A stretch of DNA of 64,000 nt, taken from Flavobacteriales bacterium. GTDB taxonomy: Bacteria > Bacteroidota > Bacteroidia > Flavobacteriales_C > GCA-002722245. The stretch spans positions 5,110 through 69,109 of the forward strand of contig JBMTCG010000004.1 in the NCBI GenBank assembly GCA_049430665.1. The letters run 5' to 3'. Made by a program: the position numbers and the translations under genes. The notes under the pieces were generated by a model. It ran no database searches. It was given only the letters and a program-made list of their open reading frames with translations, and was not told where the DNA came from. This document shows positions 42,700-51,798 of this stretch, piece by piece (position 1 is the first letter of the stretch; each line of letters begins with the position of its first letter).

Positions 42700-42816
42700 G
42701 AAGAGCAGGACAATAGTACCTTCGTTACTCAGGACAACCGCTCTTAGAAAGTAGCGCTTACCCGGTTTGTCACCCGTCGGCTGACGGGCCCCGAAGGAAC
42801 TATTGTCCTAAACTTC
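42700..42816. other. GC-rich multi-stem structured element (candidate ncRNA or REP-derived element)
   Basis: 18-bp terminal inverted repeat with one mismatch (42707-42724 / 42792-42809) enclosing gacaaccg/cggtttgtc, cgct/agcg and cccgtc-ggct-gacggg stems. Confidence 0.6.
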
Positions 42817-43712
42817 TAAAATTTATGCTTCAATTTTTTATATCCAAAATATCCAACAACTGCCAAAACCCACAACCACCATACACTCATCAAGGCAAGG
42901 AAAACAACTTCAATTGTGTTCAATCCAACAGCCAATGCATCGCCAATTTTCTCATAAAAAGGAGGCTCGTAAGGCTCAATTGTTTTTTCGCTGGCCACCA
43001 ATTCTTCTTTGATGCTTGAACGTTGATACAAATAAATTTTAATGGTGCTGAAATCCACTTGATCTTGAATGCTTAAATTGGCTAATAAAGCTTGATCTTT
43101 TTGTTCTTCGGCTTGCAATAAATTGTTTTCTGCATCTACCGTTTCGTGTAATTTTGCTTTGATGTGATCGGCATTGTCTAAACGATTTTCATGAATAGTG
43201 ATTCTTTTTTGCGTTAATCTATTTGCGAGCATTTTCAAAGTCACATCATCGGCATTGATATCTCTGTAATCGAGAAATTCTACCAGTCCGCTCATTTGCT
43301 TTAGCGCATCGTCTAAGCGACTATTAGGCACTCTAATTTCAATGGTATTGTCAACTGTAAAATGAATAATTTCCTTCGATGAGTCGGCGCTTACAGGAAT
43401 TGTATTTACATAAGATATATTACTCGCTAAATTCGTGTGCGTAACAAATCCATTGTTCTTAGCAATTACATCTTCAATAGCGTAAGTAGCAGTGCGCACA
43501 TCTTTCACCTTGAATTTTAAATCGGCGGTACGCACGAATTTCCTGTTGGAATGAATATCTTCTATGGCGGCAGAAGATGACAAAGTAGAATCGACTATTT
43601 CTTGATTTTCGCTGTATGCTTTTGCATTCATATCAGCAGCTGTTTCACCAGCACAAGAAATTAATATTGCACCTACAAAAGCGCTGGTTAGAATTACATA
43701 TTTCATTTTCAT
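42816..43712 (-). CDS. DUF4349 domain lipoprotein
   Basis: Lipobox ILISC; RKFVRTADLKFKVKDV, IRVPNSRLDD, DDVTL, VDFSTIKIYLYQ; C-terminal TM. Confidence 0.85.
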   Translation of the reverse strand: MKMKYVILTSAFVGAILISCAGETAADMNAKAYSENQEIVDSTLSSSAAIEDIHSNRKFVRTADLKFKVKDVRTATYAIEDVIAKNNGFVTHTNLASNISYVNTIPVSADSSKEIIHFTVDNTIEIRVPNSRLDDALKQMSGLVEFLDYRDINADDVTLKMLANRLTQKRITIHENRLDNADHIKAKLHETVDAENNLLQAEEQKDQALLANLSIQDQVDFSTIKIYLYQRSSIKEELVASEKTIEPYEPPFYEKIGDALAVGLNTIEVVFLALMSVWWLWVLAVVGYFGYKKLKHKF

Positions 43713-43772
43713 AAGAATTAATTTTTAGGTTGATTCTAGAAAATGAAAAAGGTAACCCAGCTAAAAAAACGA

Positions 43773-45395
43773 CTAGGTTTGAATCACCCCAACACTAAAC
43801 TGTTTTGTGATTGGAGAATTGTTTGCCGCTAAAATTCCTTGTGAAATCCATTTACGCGTATCTAACGGATCGATTATCGCATCCACCCAAAGACGCGCTG
43901 CCGCATAATATGGTGATGTTTGCGCATCGTATCTCGCTTTTATTTTCAAGAAAACTTCGTCTTCTTTTTCTTTATTTACTTCTTCTCCTTTTGCTTTTAG
44001 TGTAGCGATTTGAATTTGTGCTAAAACCTTGGCTGCTTGCTCTCCTCCCATCACTGCAATTTGAGCTGTTGGCCAAGCTGCAATTAATCTTGGGTCGTAA
44101 GCTTTTCCGCACATCGCGTAATTTCCTGCGCCGTAAGAATTACCAATTACGATGGTGATTTTTGGAACAATAGAATTCGCCACAGCATTTACCAGTTTCG
44201 CACCATCTTTAATGATTCCGCCATGTTCAGAACGAGAACCTACCATAAAGCCTGTTACATCTTGTAAAAAAACCAAAGGGATTTTTTTCTGATTGCAATT
44301 TAAAATGAAGCGTGTTGCCTTATCTGCAGAGTCGGAATAAATAACGCCTCCAAATTGCATCTCCCCTTTTGCCGACTTAATTACACCGCGATTGTTTGCC
44401 ACGATTCCTACAGCCCACCCATCGATGCGCGCATAACCGCACACAATGGTTTTACCAAATCCTTCTTTGTATTCTTCGAATTTTGAACCGTCAACAATTC
44501 TTGCGATAATTTCTTTTACGTTATGAGGTTTGTTAGATGCAGATGAAAAAACTCCATAAATCTCTTCAGGTTTTTCGTTGGGCGCAACCGCTTTTTTTCT
44601 GTCGAAACCAGCATTTTGAGCACCACCAATTTTATCTACCAAACCACGAATTTTCTCTAAACAATCTTCATCGTTTTCACATTCGTAATCGGTAACGCCC
44701 GATATTTCGCAGTGCGTGTGAGAACCTCCTAAAGTTTCGTTATCGATATCTTCACCTATGGCAGCTTTCACCAAATAAGAACCTGCTAAAAAGATAGTTC
44801 CTGTTTTTTTTACGATTAACGCTTCATCACTCATGATAGGCAAGTAAGCACCACCAGCCACACAACTTCCCATTACTGCCGCAATTTGCGTGATGCCCAT
44901 CGACGACATGATGGCGTTGTTTCTAAATATTCTACCAAAGTGTTCTTTATCGGGAAAAATCTCATCTTGCATAGGAAGGTAAACTCCGGCACTATCCACC
45001 AAGTAGATGATAGGCAGACGATTTTCCATGGCTATCTCCTGAGCGCGCAAATTCTTTTTACCTGTGATCGGAAACCACGCTCCTGCCTTTACTGTAGCGT
45101 CGTTCGCAACAACCACACATTGCTTTCCGCTCACTTGTCCGATGACCACTACCACACCTCCAGCCGGACAACCCCCATGCTCTTCATACATGCCGTCGCC
45201 CACAAAAGCACCAATTTCTAAAGTTTGTGAATCTTTATCTAGCAAAAGATTTATGCGCTCTCTTGCACTCAATTTTCCTTTCTCGTGCAATTTCGCCACT
45301 GCTTTGGCAGAAGGCATAACAGCAAGAAGCTTCTTGTTCATTTCTGTAACAAGAAGCTTCATTTTTTCTTCGTTCTTATTATAATTTGCGTCCAT
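43773..45395 (-). CDS. Acyl-CoA carboxylase carboxyltransferase beta subunit (methylcrotonyl-CoA carboxylase type)
   Basis: GKLSARERI, ANDATVKAG, DSAGVYLPMQDEIFPDK.HFGRIF, GSCVAGGAY, LQDVTGFMVG, GAGNYAMCG. Confidence 0.93.
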   Translation of the reverse strand: MDANYNKNEEKMKLLVTEMNKKLLAVMPSAKAVAKLHEKGKLSARERINLLLDKDSQTLEIGAFVGDGMYEEHGGCPAGGVVVVIGQVSGKQCVVVANDATVKAGAWFPITGKKNLRAQEIAMENRLPIIYLVDSAGVYLPMQDEIFPDKEHFGRIFRNNAIMSSMGITQIAAVMGSCVAGGAYLPIMSDEALIVKKTGTIFLAGSYLVKAAIGEDIDNETLGGSHTHCEISGVTDYECENDEDCLEKIRGLVDKIGGAQNAGFDRKKAVAPNEKPEEIYGVFSSASNKPHNVKEIIARIVDGSKFEEYKEGFGKTIVCGYARIDGWAVGIVANNRGVIKSAKGEMQFGGVIYSDSADKATRFILNCNQKKIPLVFLQDVTGFMVGSRSEHGGIIKDGAKLVNAVANSIVPKITIVIGNSYGAGNYAMCGKAYDPRLIAAWPTAQIAVMGGEQAAKVLAQIQIATLKAKGEEVNKEKEDEVFLKIKARYDAQTSPYYAAARLWVDAIIDPLDTRKWISQGILAANNSPITKQFSVGVIQT

Positions 45396-45433
45396 TGTTG
45401 TAGAGGTTTGCGCCCTCTACGGCAAAAACAAGT

Positions 45434-47680
45434 CTATTGTTTCTTAGTTTCCTGATTAAATATTTGCGCCGAAATGGTTTGTCCGTTTTTAAAATAATAC
45501 AAGCCACCCCATGAATATTTAATTTCTTTGTATTCATTGGCTTGTCCGGCTTTAACCACAATCACCCTATTAATCGTTCTCTTAGGTTCTGTAATGGTTT
45601 CTTTGGTCACACCTTCGGGATATTTTTTAGCCAATTCCGACAAGAAAATTTCTCTTTGCTCTTTGTTGTTGTAGTCGATTTCTTTGGTATCGGAAGTCTT
45701 AACAATGGTATTTTGTTCTTGCGCCAATTGCTCTTTGTATTTGGTAATGAGTGCCTCCTTTTTCTTCTTCTCAATTTCGGCAGCCAATCTTGCTGCTTCA
45801 GCTTGCTCGGCAATCACCGCCATACTATCGGCTGTTGCTTTTTCACGAGCAGCTCTTAATTCAGCTAATCTTTGTTCGGCCAGAGCTTTGGCATTTGCTT
45901 CATCAGCCGCTTTTTTAGCTGCAGCCGCTTGAGCAGCTAAACGAGTTTCTTCTTCTTTTCTTTTTCTTTCGGCTTCTTCGGCAGCGGCTTTAGCAATAGC
46001 AGCTAAGCGAGCCTCTTCAGCGGCTTTAGCACTTGCGGCCTGATTGGCCAAGCGAGCCTCTTCTTCTTTCTTTTTAGCCTCCTCAGCCTTTGCTTTCTCT
46101 ATATCGGCCAATCTTTTTTGTTCGGCCAATTGCGCGGCATAGGTAGAATCTTGAGACGCTTTAATTCTAGCATCGGCCAAAGCTTTTAAGCGCGCTGCTT
46201 CAGCATCGGCTTTCAATTTCTCGTCGGCAATTCTCTTTTGTTCTGCTTCAATTCTATCTCTTTCTTCTTTGGCTTTTCTTTGTTCTTCTAAACGCGCCAA
46301 TTCTTCAGCTTGTTGCTTCTGCTTGGCAGCCTCTTCCAATTTTCTTTGTCTCTCTGCTTCAGCAGCCTTTCTCGCCTCCGCTTCTTTTTGTTCTTGTGCA
46401 ACTCTAGCTGCTTCTGCCTCAGCAGCTTTTTTTGCTTCTTCTAACATACGAGCTTCTTCGGCTGCTTTTGCAATTCTTGCTGCTTCGGCTGCTTCGGCTG
46501 CTTTTTTAGCTTCCTCAGCCTTACGTGCTTCTTCAGCTGCTTTCTCTTTTTGAATACGCTCTTCTTCAGCTTTAATTCTTGCCGCTTCTTCAGCCAAACG
46601 AATTTTCTCTGCTTCGGCTGCAGCTGCAGCTTTTTTTGCTTCTTCGGCCTTAGCCTTTTCTTCTTGTTCTTTTCTAAGTCTTTCCTCTTCTGCAATTCTA
46701 GCCGCTTCCGCAGCTTTCTCTGCTTTTAATTTTTCTTCTTCAGCCTCCTTATTTTTCGCTTCCAGAGCTGCTTTTTCAGCGGCCTCTTTCTTCATAGCCT
46801 CTTCCATTTTTAAACGCTCAGCCTCCTTCTTTCTTTCTTCTTCGGCTGCTGCCGCTTTAGCTGCTTCTGCAGCCAATCTATTCTTTTCTTTTTCAGCCTC
46901 CAATTTTGCCATTTCAGCTTCCTGACGCAATCTTTCAGCCTCTTGTAATTTCTTTGCTTCTTCTTCTTTGCGTTTAGACTCTACAGCTGCCAAACGCTGA
47001 GCCTCTTCTGCCGCCTTTGCTTCAGCAGCCTTTTTTCTTTCCTCTTCTTCCTTTTGCTTTGCCAATGCTTGCGCTTTAATCGCAGCGTCTTTAGAAGCAT
47101 CAATTTCGGCCTTTTTCTTTTCGAATTCTGCTGCTGCAATGGTTGCCGCCTCAGCTTTTTTAGCGTCGTCTACCGCCTTATCTTTAGCTGCAACCTCAGC
47201 TTCTATCGCATCTAATTTTGCTTTAATCGTCTTTTCATAATTTAAATCGTAATCGAAACCACCTATATCATCTTGAAAAAACACCTTAGCTACAGGCTCA
47301 TCAAAACTTATCGTACTTCCATCTTTTGGGAAAGCGTACATTTTAATGGTCATATCGGTTGACATGTTTTCTTCTTTACCTGGCTCAGGAAAGGCAGTAT
47401 TTACATTAATTGTTTCCTTAACATAACCAGCTTTTTGAATAACAATAATATAGACCTTATTATAAGGGATATAGAAGATAAATTGTCCGTTTGGACCAGT
47501 GGTATAATCTTTAACCTTAACACTACCTTCATAAAGCGTTACAGATACTGCATCAACAGACTTGCCCTTATCTTTTAAAAAACCCACATACTCTAGAGAC
47601 GGACTATCTTGCGCCATTGAAGCACTCGAAACCAAGACAAACACTAATAGAGCTAAAACTCTAATAAAACTACCCTTCAT
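45434..47680 (-). CDS. Exported protein: N-terminal beta domain, ~470-aa A/E/K/R-rich helical rod (TolA-like composition), C-terminal globular domain
   Basis: Cleavable signal (SSASMA-QD); AEEARKAEEAKKAAEAAEA repeats; C-terminal LAKKYPEGVTKE...KYSWGGLYYFKNG. Confidence 0.85.
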   Translation of the reverse strand: MKGSFIRVLALLVFVLVSSASMAQDSPSLEYVGFLKDKGKSVDAVSVTLYEGSVKVKDYTTGPNGQFIFYIPYNKVYIIVIQKAGYVKETINVNTAFPEPGKEENMSTDMTIKMYAFPKDGSTISFDEPVAKVFFQDDIGGFDYDLNYEKTIKAKLDAIEAEVAAKDKAVDDAKKAEAATIAAAEFEKKKAEIDASKDAAIKAQALAKQKEEEERKKAAEAKAAEEAQRLAAVESKRKEEEAKKLQEAERLRQEAEMAKLEAEKEKNRLAAEAAKAAAAEEERKKEAERLKMEEAMKKEAAEKAALEAKNKEAEEEKLKAEKAAEAARIAEEERLRKEQEEKAKAEEAKKAAAAAEAEKIRLAEEAARIKAEEERIQKEKAAEEARKAEEAKKAAEAAEAARIAKAAEEARMLEEAKKAAEAEAARVAQEQKEAEARKAAEAERQRKLEEAAKQKQQAEELARLEEQRKAKEERDRIEAEQKRIADEKLKADAEAARLKALADARIKASQDSTYAAQLAEQKRLADIEKAKAEEAKKKEEEARLANQAASAKAAEEARLAAIAKAAAEEAERKRKEEETRLAAQAAAAKKAADEANAKALAEQRLAELRAAREKATADSMAVIAEQAEAARLAAEIEKKKKEALITKYKEQLAQEQNTIVKTSDTKEIDYNNKEQREIFLSELAKKYPEGVTKETITEPKRTINRVIVVKAGQANEYKEIKYSWGGLYYFKNGQTISAQIFNQETKKQ
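45780..47170 (-). repeat. Low-complexity coding repeat (Ala/Glu/Lys/Arg helix)
   Basis: Degenerate gct/gca/gaa/aaa codon repeats. Confidence 0.8.
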
Positions 47681-47730
47681 AAAGATTGCATTTTAATAAC
47701 TTCTTGGTGCAAATATGCAAATATTTGTGG

Positions 47731-49128
47731 CTATTGTAAATAGGCCTTCATCAAATCGGAAGCTACGTTGAGTTTTATTTTCTTTACCGCCTTGATATAT
47801 GCATCCTCGGCAGCTTTTTGAAAAGACAATTGAGTACCCTTTATAGGCGTGAGATTATTTTGATAAATCAATTGGCCACTAGATTTATGTTTCAAACTTA
47901 CCTCTACGTTTAGCAACGATGCAAAAAACTGCATACCATTATCGCTATTACTTCCCGCATCTGAAGCCTCAGCATGAATCTCAACAACTAAATCAGCCTT
48001 ATCAGCCACATTTACTGGTATAAAGCCATTACTCACCAATGCTTCCCTAAAAGCCCCGTCCAACCATCTTTGAGAAAGTAGAGTACCATTATTCTTTTCT
48101 TCAGACTGAATCATAACAAAAACAGGTAAGGCTTCAATACTTATTTTCTCGCTCAAAGGCGTCACAAGCATAAAAAGCTTAGAGATAAGAGAACTAACCG
48201 CAGCCTCTCTTAAAATTTGCTTTACATCTATGCTCACCTGAATATATTGAGCCGAAGTTTGACGACTCACCTTTCCTACATTTACTGTATACATGCCGTT
48301 AGCATCACTTAAACCTTGCGCATAGGAATACAAATCTTTCTTAATTTCAATTTGCAGAGAAATAGCTGGCAATTTTTTTCCATCAATACTTTTAACAACA
48401 AAAGGCATGGAACCAACCGCTCCAATTTTAGCACGATAAACTTCCTCTTGAGCGTCAATTACAATTTCATTCAATACTGTTCTATAACCATTAAACAATT
48501 CGTTACCTAAGGATATCGTTCTGCCATCCAACTGCGTTTCTAGCGACTGATCTAAGTGCCTTTTGATCTTTTCCATTCCCGATACGTAAGATAGCAAACA
48601 ATCCTTGTATCTTCCTTGCGACTTGAAATCAATAGCCTTTTTTAAGTAATCTAAACCCTGATAAACAGCGGCATCAACTTCCTTTTGTTTAGCTTCTTGA
48701 TATTCGGACTTCGACAACTGATAATACACCCAAATACCTTCCACATTTTCGTAAGTAGCAACCTCCTCATAATTTTGCAATTGCTCATTCACACTTACAT
48801 TAATATCTTGCTTAAACTCCTCTCGGTACAAATTATTGGTTTCCAACTGCGACAAAACAGAATTAGTAGACACATTCACAGATATACCACTGGCCAAATC
48901 ATTTAAGGCATTTTTCTTTGCGATATCGCGAAAATCTACTGGAGATGTTTTTTTAGAAGCATAACCAATTCCTACGTAGTAAATTGAAGAAGAAGGTCTT
49001 TCATTCACCCATTGAGGCACCTCCATTTTATCTTGCTTTTTCGCTTCCTGCTTTTGAACTGCTTCTTTACTTCCTGAACACGATAAAAGAAAAACAAGCG
49101 CGGCAACTATATATAATACATTTCTCAT
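47731..49128 (-). CDS. LPP20 family lipoprotein
   Basis: Lipobox FLLSC; PQWVNERPSSSIYYVGIG...AKKNALNDLASGISVNV. Confidence 0.8.
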   Translation of the reverse strand: MRNVLYIVAALVFLLSCSGSKEAVQKQEAKKQDKMEVPQWVNERPSSSIYYVGIGYASKKTSPVDFRDIAKKNALNDLASGISVNVSTNSVLSQLETNNLYREEFKQDINVSVNEQLQNYEEVATYENVEGIWVYYQLSKSEYQEAKQKEVDAAVYQGLDYLKKAIDFKSQGRYKDCLLSYVSGMEKIKRHLDQSLETQLDGRTISLGNELFNGYRTVLNEIVIDAQEEVYRAKIGAVGSMPFVVKSIDGKKLPAISLQIEIKKDLYSYAQGLSDANGMYTVNVGKVSRQTSAQYIQVSIDVKQILREAAVSSLISKLFMLVTPLSEKISIEALPVFVMIQSEEKNNGTLLSQRWLDGAFREALVSNGFIPVNVADKADLVVEIHAEASDAGSNSDNGMQFFASLLNVEVSLKHKSSGQLIYQNNLTPIKGTQLSFQKAAEDAYIKAVKKIKLNVASDLMKAYLQ

Positions 49129-50519
49129 TTCTCTGGATTGTAAGAATAAATTTCTTGAGCTACAGACGAACTAATTTGATCGTATAATTTTTGTAATAAA
49201 CTTTCTTTACTTTCTAAAGCGGTAGAACTTTTCAATAAATTTTGAATCTGATTTTTTTGTTCGAAATTATTGTACACAACATCTTGAGGACTCGTTACAT
49301 TCATAGAATACCAGGTACCAGGATATAAATTTTCGCGATTCCCAGAATATTGCACATAATGAACAGAACTATTTTGTGTTAATGTTTTAATTCCGCTTAA
49401 CAGCACTTCTCCTGTTGTAGCAGAAACCATCTTATATTCAAAAGACATTGTTACTTGCCTACTACCCTGAAATTCTGAATAAGTCACTTTCTTATAATTC
49501 GTTTCAAAATAAGGTTGATTGGTTTGTGGGTTAATCCTCTGTACTCGATAAGATTCATATCCTTTAACTGTTTTTCCACTCACCGGAGTATCGAAATACT
49601 TAAGATCTAATACAGAACCCATCACTACTGCTTTTGCACCAATTAAATTACCTGCATTCACAGCTGTTGTTGCATCTACAGCCCCAGTCATAGATAATTT
49701 TTGTTCTTTCAACAATAAATCTAAATGCTGTCTGTCGATCACTTTTAAGAACGGACCTTTATTGCCTATCACTGTATTTATTATTCTAGACGACAATTGT
49801 TCGGCAGCCGCAATTTCAGATGTATAATTGTTAAACCTCATGAAAGCTACAGTATATTGAGCTTGCGTTAAAGCTTCACTCATTTGAGCTGCAGCATCTT
49901 TATAGCTAGCGTCTCGATTCACTATATTTTGAAAAGCATAAAATGCAGCTCGGTACTTCTCTCTCTTCATGGCATCTACACCTTTTCTATATATAGGCTC
50001 AATGCGCGCATATTTTTTTAATTGCTCTACATCTTTATAGTTAGGATCTAAAGAAGATATTTCATTAAATATACTTTCAGCTGCCGAAAAATTTTCTTTC
50101 TCTAAAAGTGCGTTCGCTTTGCGAAATCTTTCGTCTAAATAATTTGACTTTGCAATTTCATAGTCTTCTGTATAATGCCCTGCTATCGATATATTAACTT
50201 GTCCGCTTCGCACTTTCTCCACATATTTCTGCATATCTAAATACGTATATACCACCACTCCCCAGTCACCTCTATTATTAGCCACAAAAAAAGTATCTTC
50301 TTTAACATCCATCACTTTATCTGCACACATTTTCAATGCTGTTTTTGCTTCCACATAATCGGGACGCTTAGCTATTGCTCTTAAAAAATAATCGGTTGCT
50401 TCGTTATACATTCCAGCATTATATAGCTGATTTCCCTTCTTGGTTAGAGATTTCGGACTGTTGCAAGCAATAATTATTAACAATAAAAAGAGGGTAAAAT
50501 ATGGGTAAAGTTTTTTCAT
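49125..50519 (-). CDS. TPR + CsgG/HfaB-like lipoprotein
   Basis: Lipobox IIIAC; TPR helices; VAFMRFNN, KVIDRQHLDLLLKEQKLSMTGAVD...AG.LIGAKAVVMGSV. Confidence 0.8.
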   Translation of the reverse strand: MKKLYPYFTLFLLLIIIACNSPKSLTKKGNQLYNAGMYNEATDYFLRAIAKRPDYVEAKTALKMCADKVMDVKEDTFFVANNRGDWGVVVYTYLDMQKYVEKVRSGQVNISIAGHYTEDYEIAKSNYLDERFRKANALLEKENFSAAESIFNEISSLDPNYKDVEQLKKYARIEPIYRKGVDAMKREKYRAAFYAFQNIVNRDASYKDAAAQMSEALTQAQYTVAFMRFNNYTSEIAAAEQLSSRIINTVIGNKGPFLKVIDRQHLDLLLKEQKLSMTGAVDATTAVNAGNLIGAKAVVMGSVLDLKYFDTPVSGKTVKGYESYRVQRINPQTNQPYFETNYKKVTYSEFQGSRQVTMSFEYKMVSATTGEVLLSGIKTLTQNSSVHYVQYSGNRENLYPGTWYSMNVTSPQDVVYNNFEQKNQIQNLLKSSTALESKESLLQKLYDQISSSVAQEIYSYNPEK

Positions 50520-50564
50520 CGCGAAAGATTAAATCATAATTTCATTGCCGTGAATTAACAAATA

Positions 50565-51749
50565 TTGTTCCAATTGAGCAAGGGTATTAAGATAAAACTT
50601 TTTCAAAAATCACTAATCACCGCAGTTGGCTTGGTATTAATGGCTGGCGTCACGCACTCATGCAACGAAGAAGCGGTGATGGATCCCATCAAAAAGGAAA
50701 ACGAAGTAGTTGTTGAAATACCTACTCGCGAGTTCATACCAGTGGATTCGGAATTGGTAAGAAAAATTGAGACTTTTTTTGAAAATCATTACGACGAAAC
50801 TTTCTTTAGTGGCACTGTACTAGTGGCTAAAGACGACAACATTTACTACCAAGCATGCCACGGATTGGGGAACTACAAAAGCAAATCAGACAGTATTTGC
50901 CTTCGCTCCAACTTCCAATTGGCCTCTGCAACAAAGCCTTTTACATCGTACGCTATATTAAGACAAATATATTTAGGCAAGTTAAAATTAACCGATAGTG
51001 TGCACAACATCCTTCCCGATTTTAAATACAAAGGCATCACCGTTGAAATGCTATTATCGCATTTTTCGGGCTTACCTAATTATATGTATTTAACCGATGA
51101 ATATTGGGGTTGGGACAAAGGCAGCATCTCTAACAACGACGTTTTAAATCTATTCAACCAACATAATCCTAGCGGAGCAAGACCAAACTCTCACTTCTAC
51201 TATAACAACACCAACTACTTGGTTTTGGCTTTAATTATTGAACAGCTTACCGGAATGAGTTACGACAAGTACATGAAAGATTCCATTTTCACGCCACTTG
51301 GCATGAACAACACATGTATATTTAATAATGTAAATAGAGACCAATTAAAAGACGCTACATATGGCCATCTTGGCGACTTAAGACCAATTTATTTCGACTA
51401 TCTTGACGGCGTAATGGGTGACAAAGGTGTTTTCTCAAATATTTACGATTTACTAAAATTTGACCAAGCTCTTTACGATTGTAAATTAGTACCTTGTAAT
51501 TTATTGGAAGAGGCTTGGAAACCAAGAACAGATAGCTTAGAAACTGCAGGTGGCGCTTACGGATTAGGATGGAGACTGAGAAATAGTAAAGACGTTGGCA
51601 AAGTTATTTTTCACAGTGGCTGGTGGAAAGGCTACCGCAGCTTATTCATTAGAGTACCACAAGTTCATGGAACCATTATCATTCTCACCAACACTGTTCG
51701 CGGAAGGTTCTTTAGAGTTGATGACCTCGTAAATTTATTTGCCAAATAA
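50565..51749 (+). CDS. Serine hydrolase (beta-lactamase class C/AmpC-like fold), catalytic motifs intact
   Basis: QLASATKPF (SxxK), LLSHFSGL, YYNNTNY (YxN), HSGWWKGY; start codon uncertain. Confidence 0.88.
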   Translation: MFQLSKGIKIKLFQKSLITAVGLVLMAGVTHSCNEEAVMDPIKKENEVVVEIPTREFIPVDSELVRKIETFFENHYDETFFSGTVLVAKDDNIYYQACHGLGNYKSKSDSICLRSNFQLASATKPFTSYAILRQIYLGKLKLTDSVHNILPDFKYKGITVEMLLSHFSGLPNYMYLTDEYWGWDKGSISNNDVLNLFNQHNPSGARPNSHFYYNNTNYLVLALIIEQLTGMSYDKYMKDSIFTPLGMNNTCIFNNVNRDQLKDATYGHLGDLRPIYFDYLDGVMGDKGVFSNIYDLLKFDQALYDCKLVPCNLLEEAWKPRTDSLETAGGAYGLGWRLRNSKDVGKVIFHSGWWKGYRSLFIRVPQVHGTIIILTNTVRGRFFRVDDLVNLFAK

Positions 51750-51798
51750 TTCGCTATTCTACTGTTTTTCAATAAATTTAGGGCTTAGGCTTTAAATT

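Noticed and set aside
42700-42816. Structured element as an integron attC site, SRP RNA, 6S RNA or tRNA
   Set aside because: No RYYYAAC/GTTRRRY boxes, no SRP domain IV motif, no 6S-type rod with central bubble, and no T-loop or CCA cloverleaf
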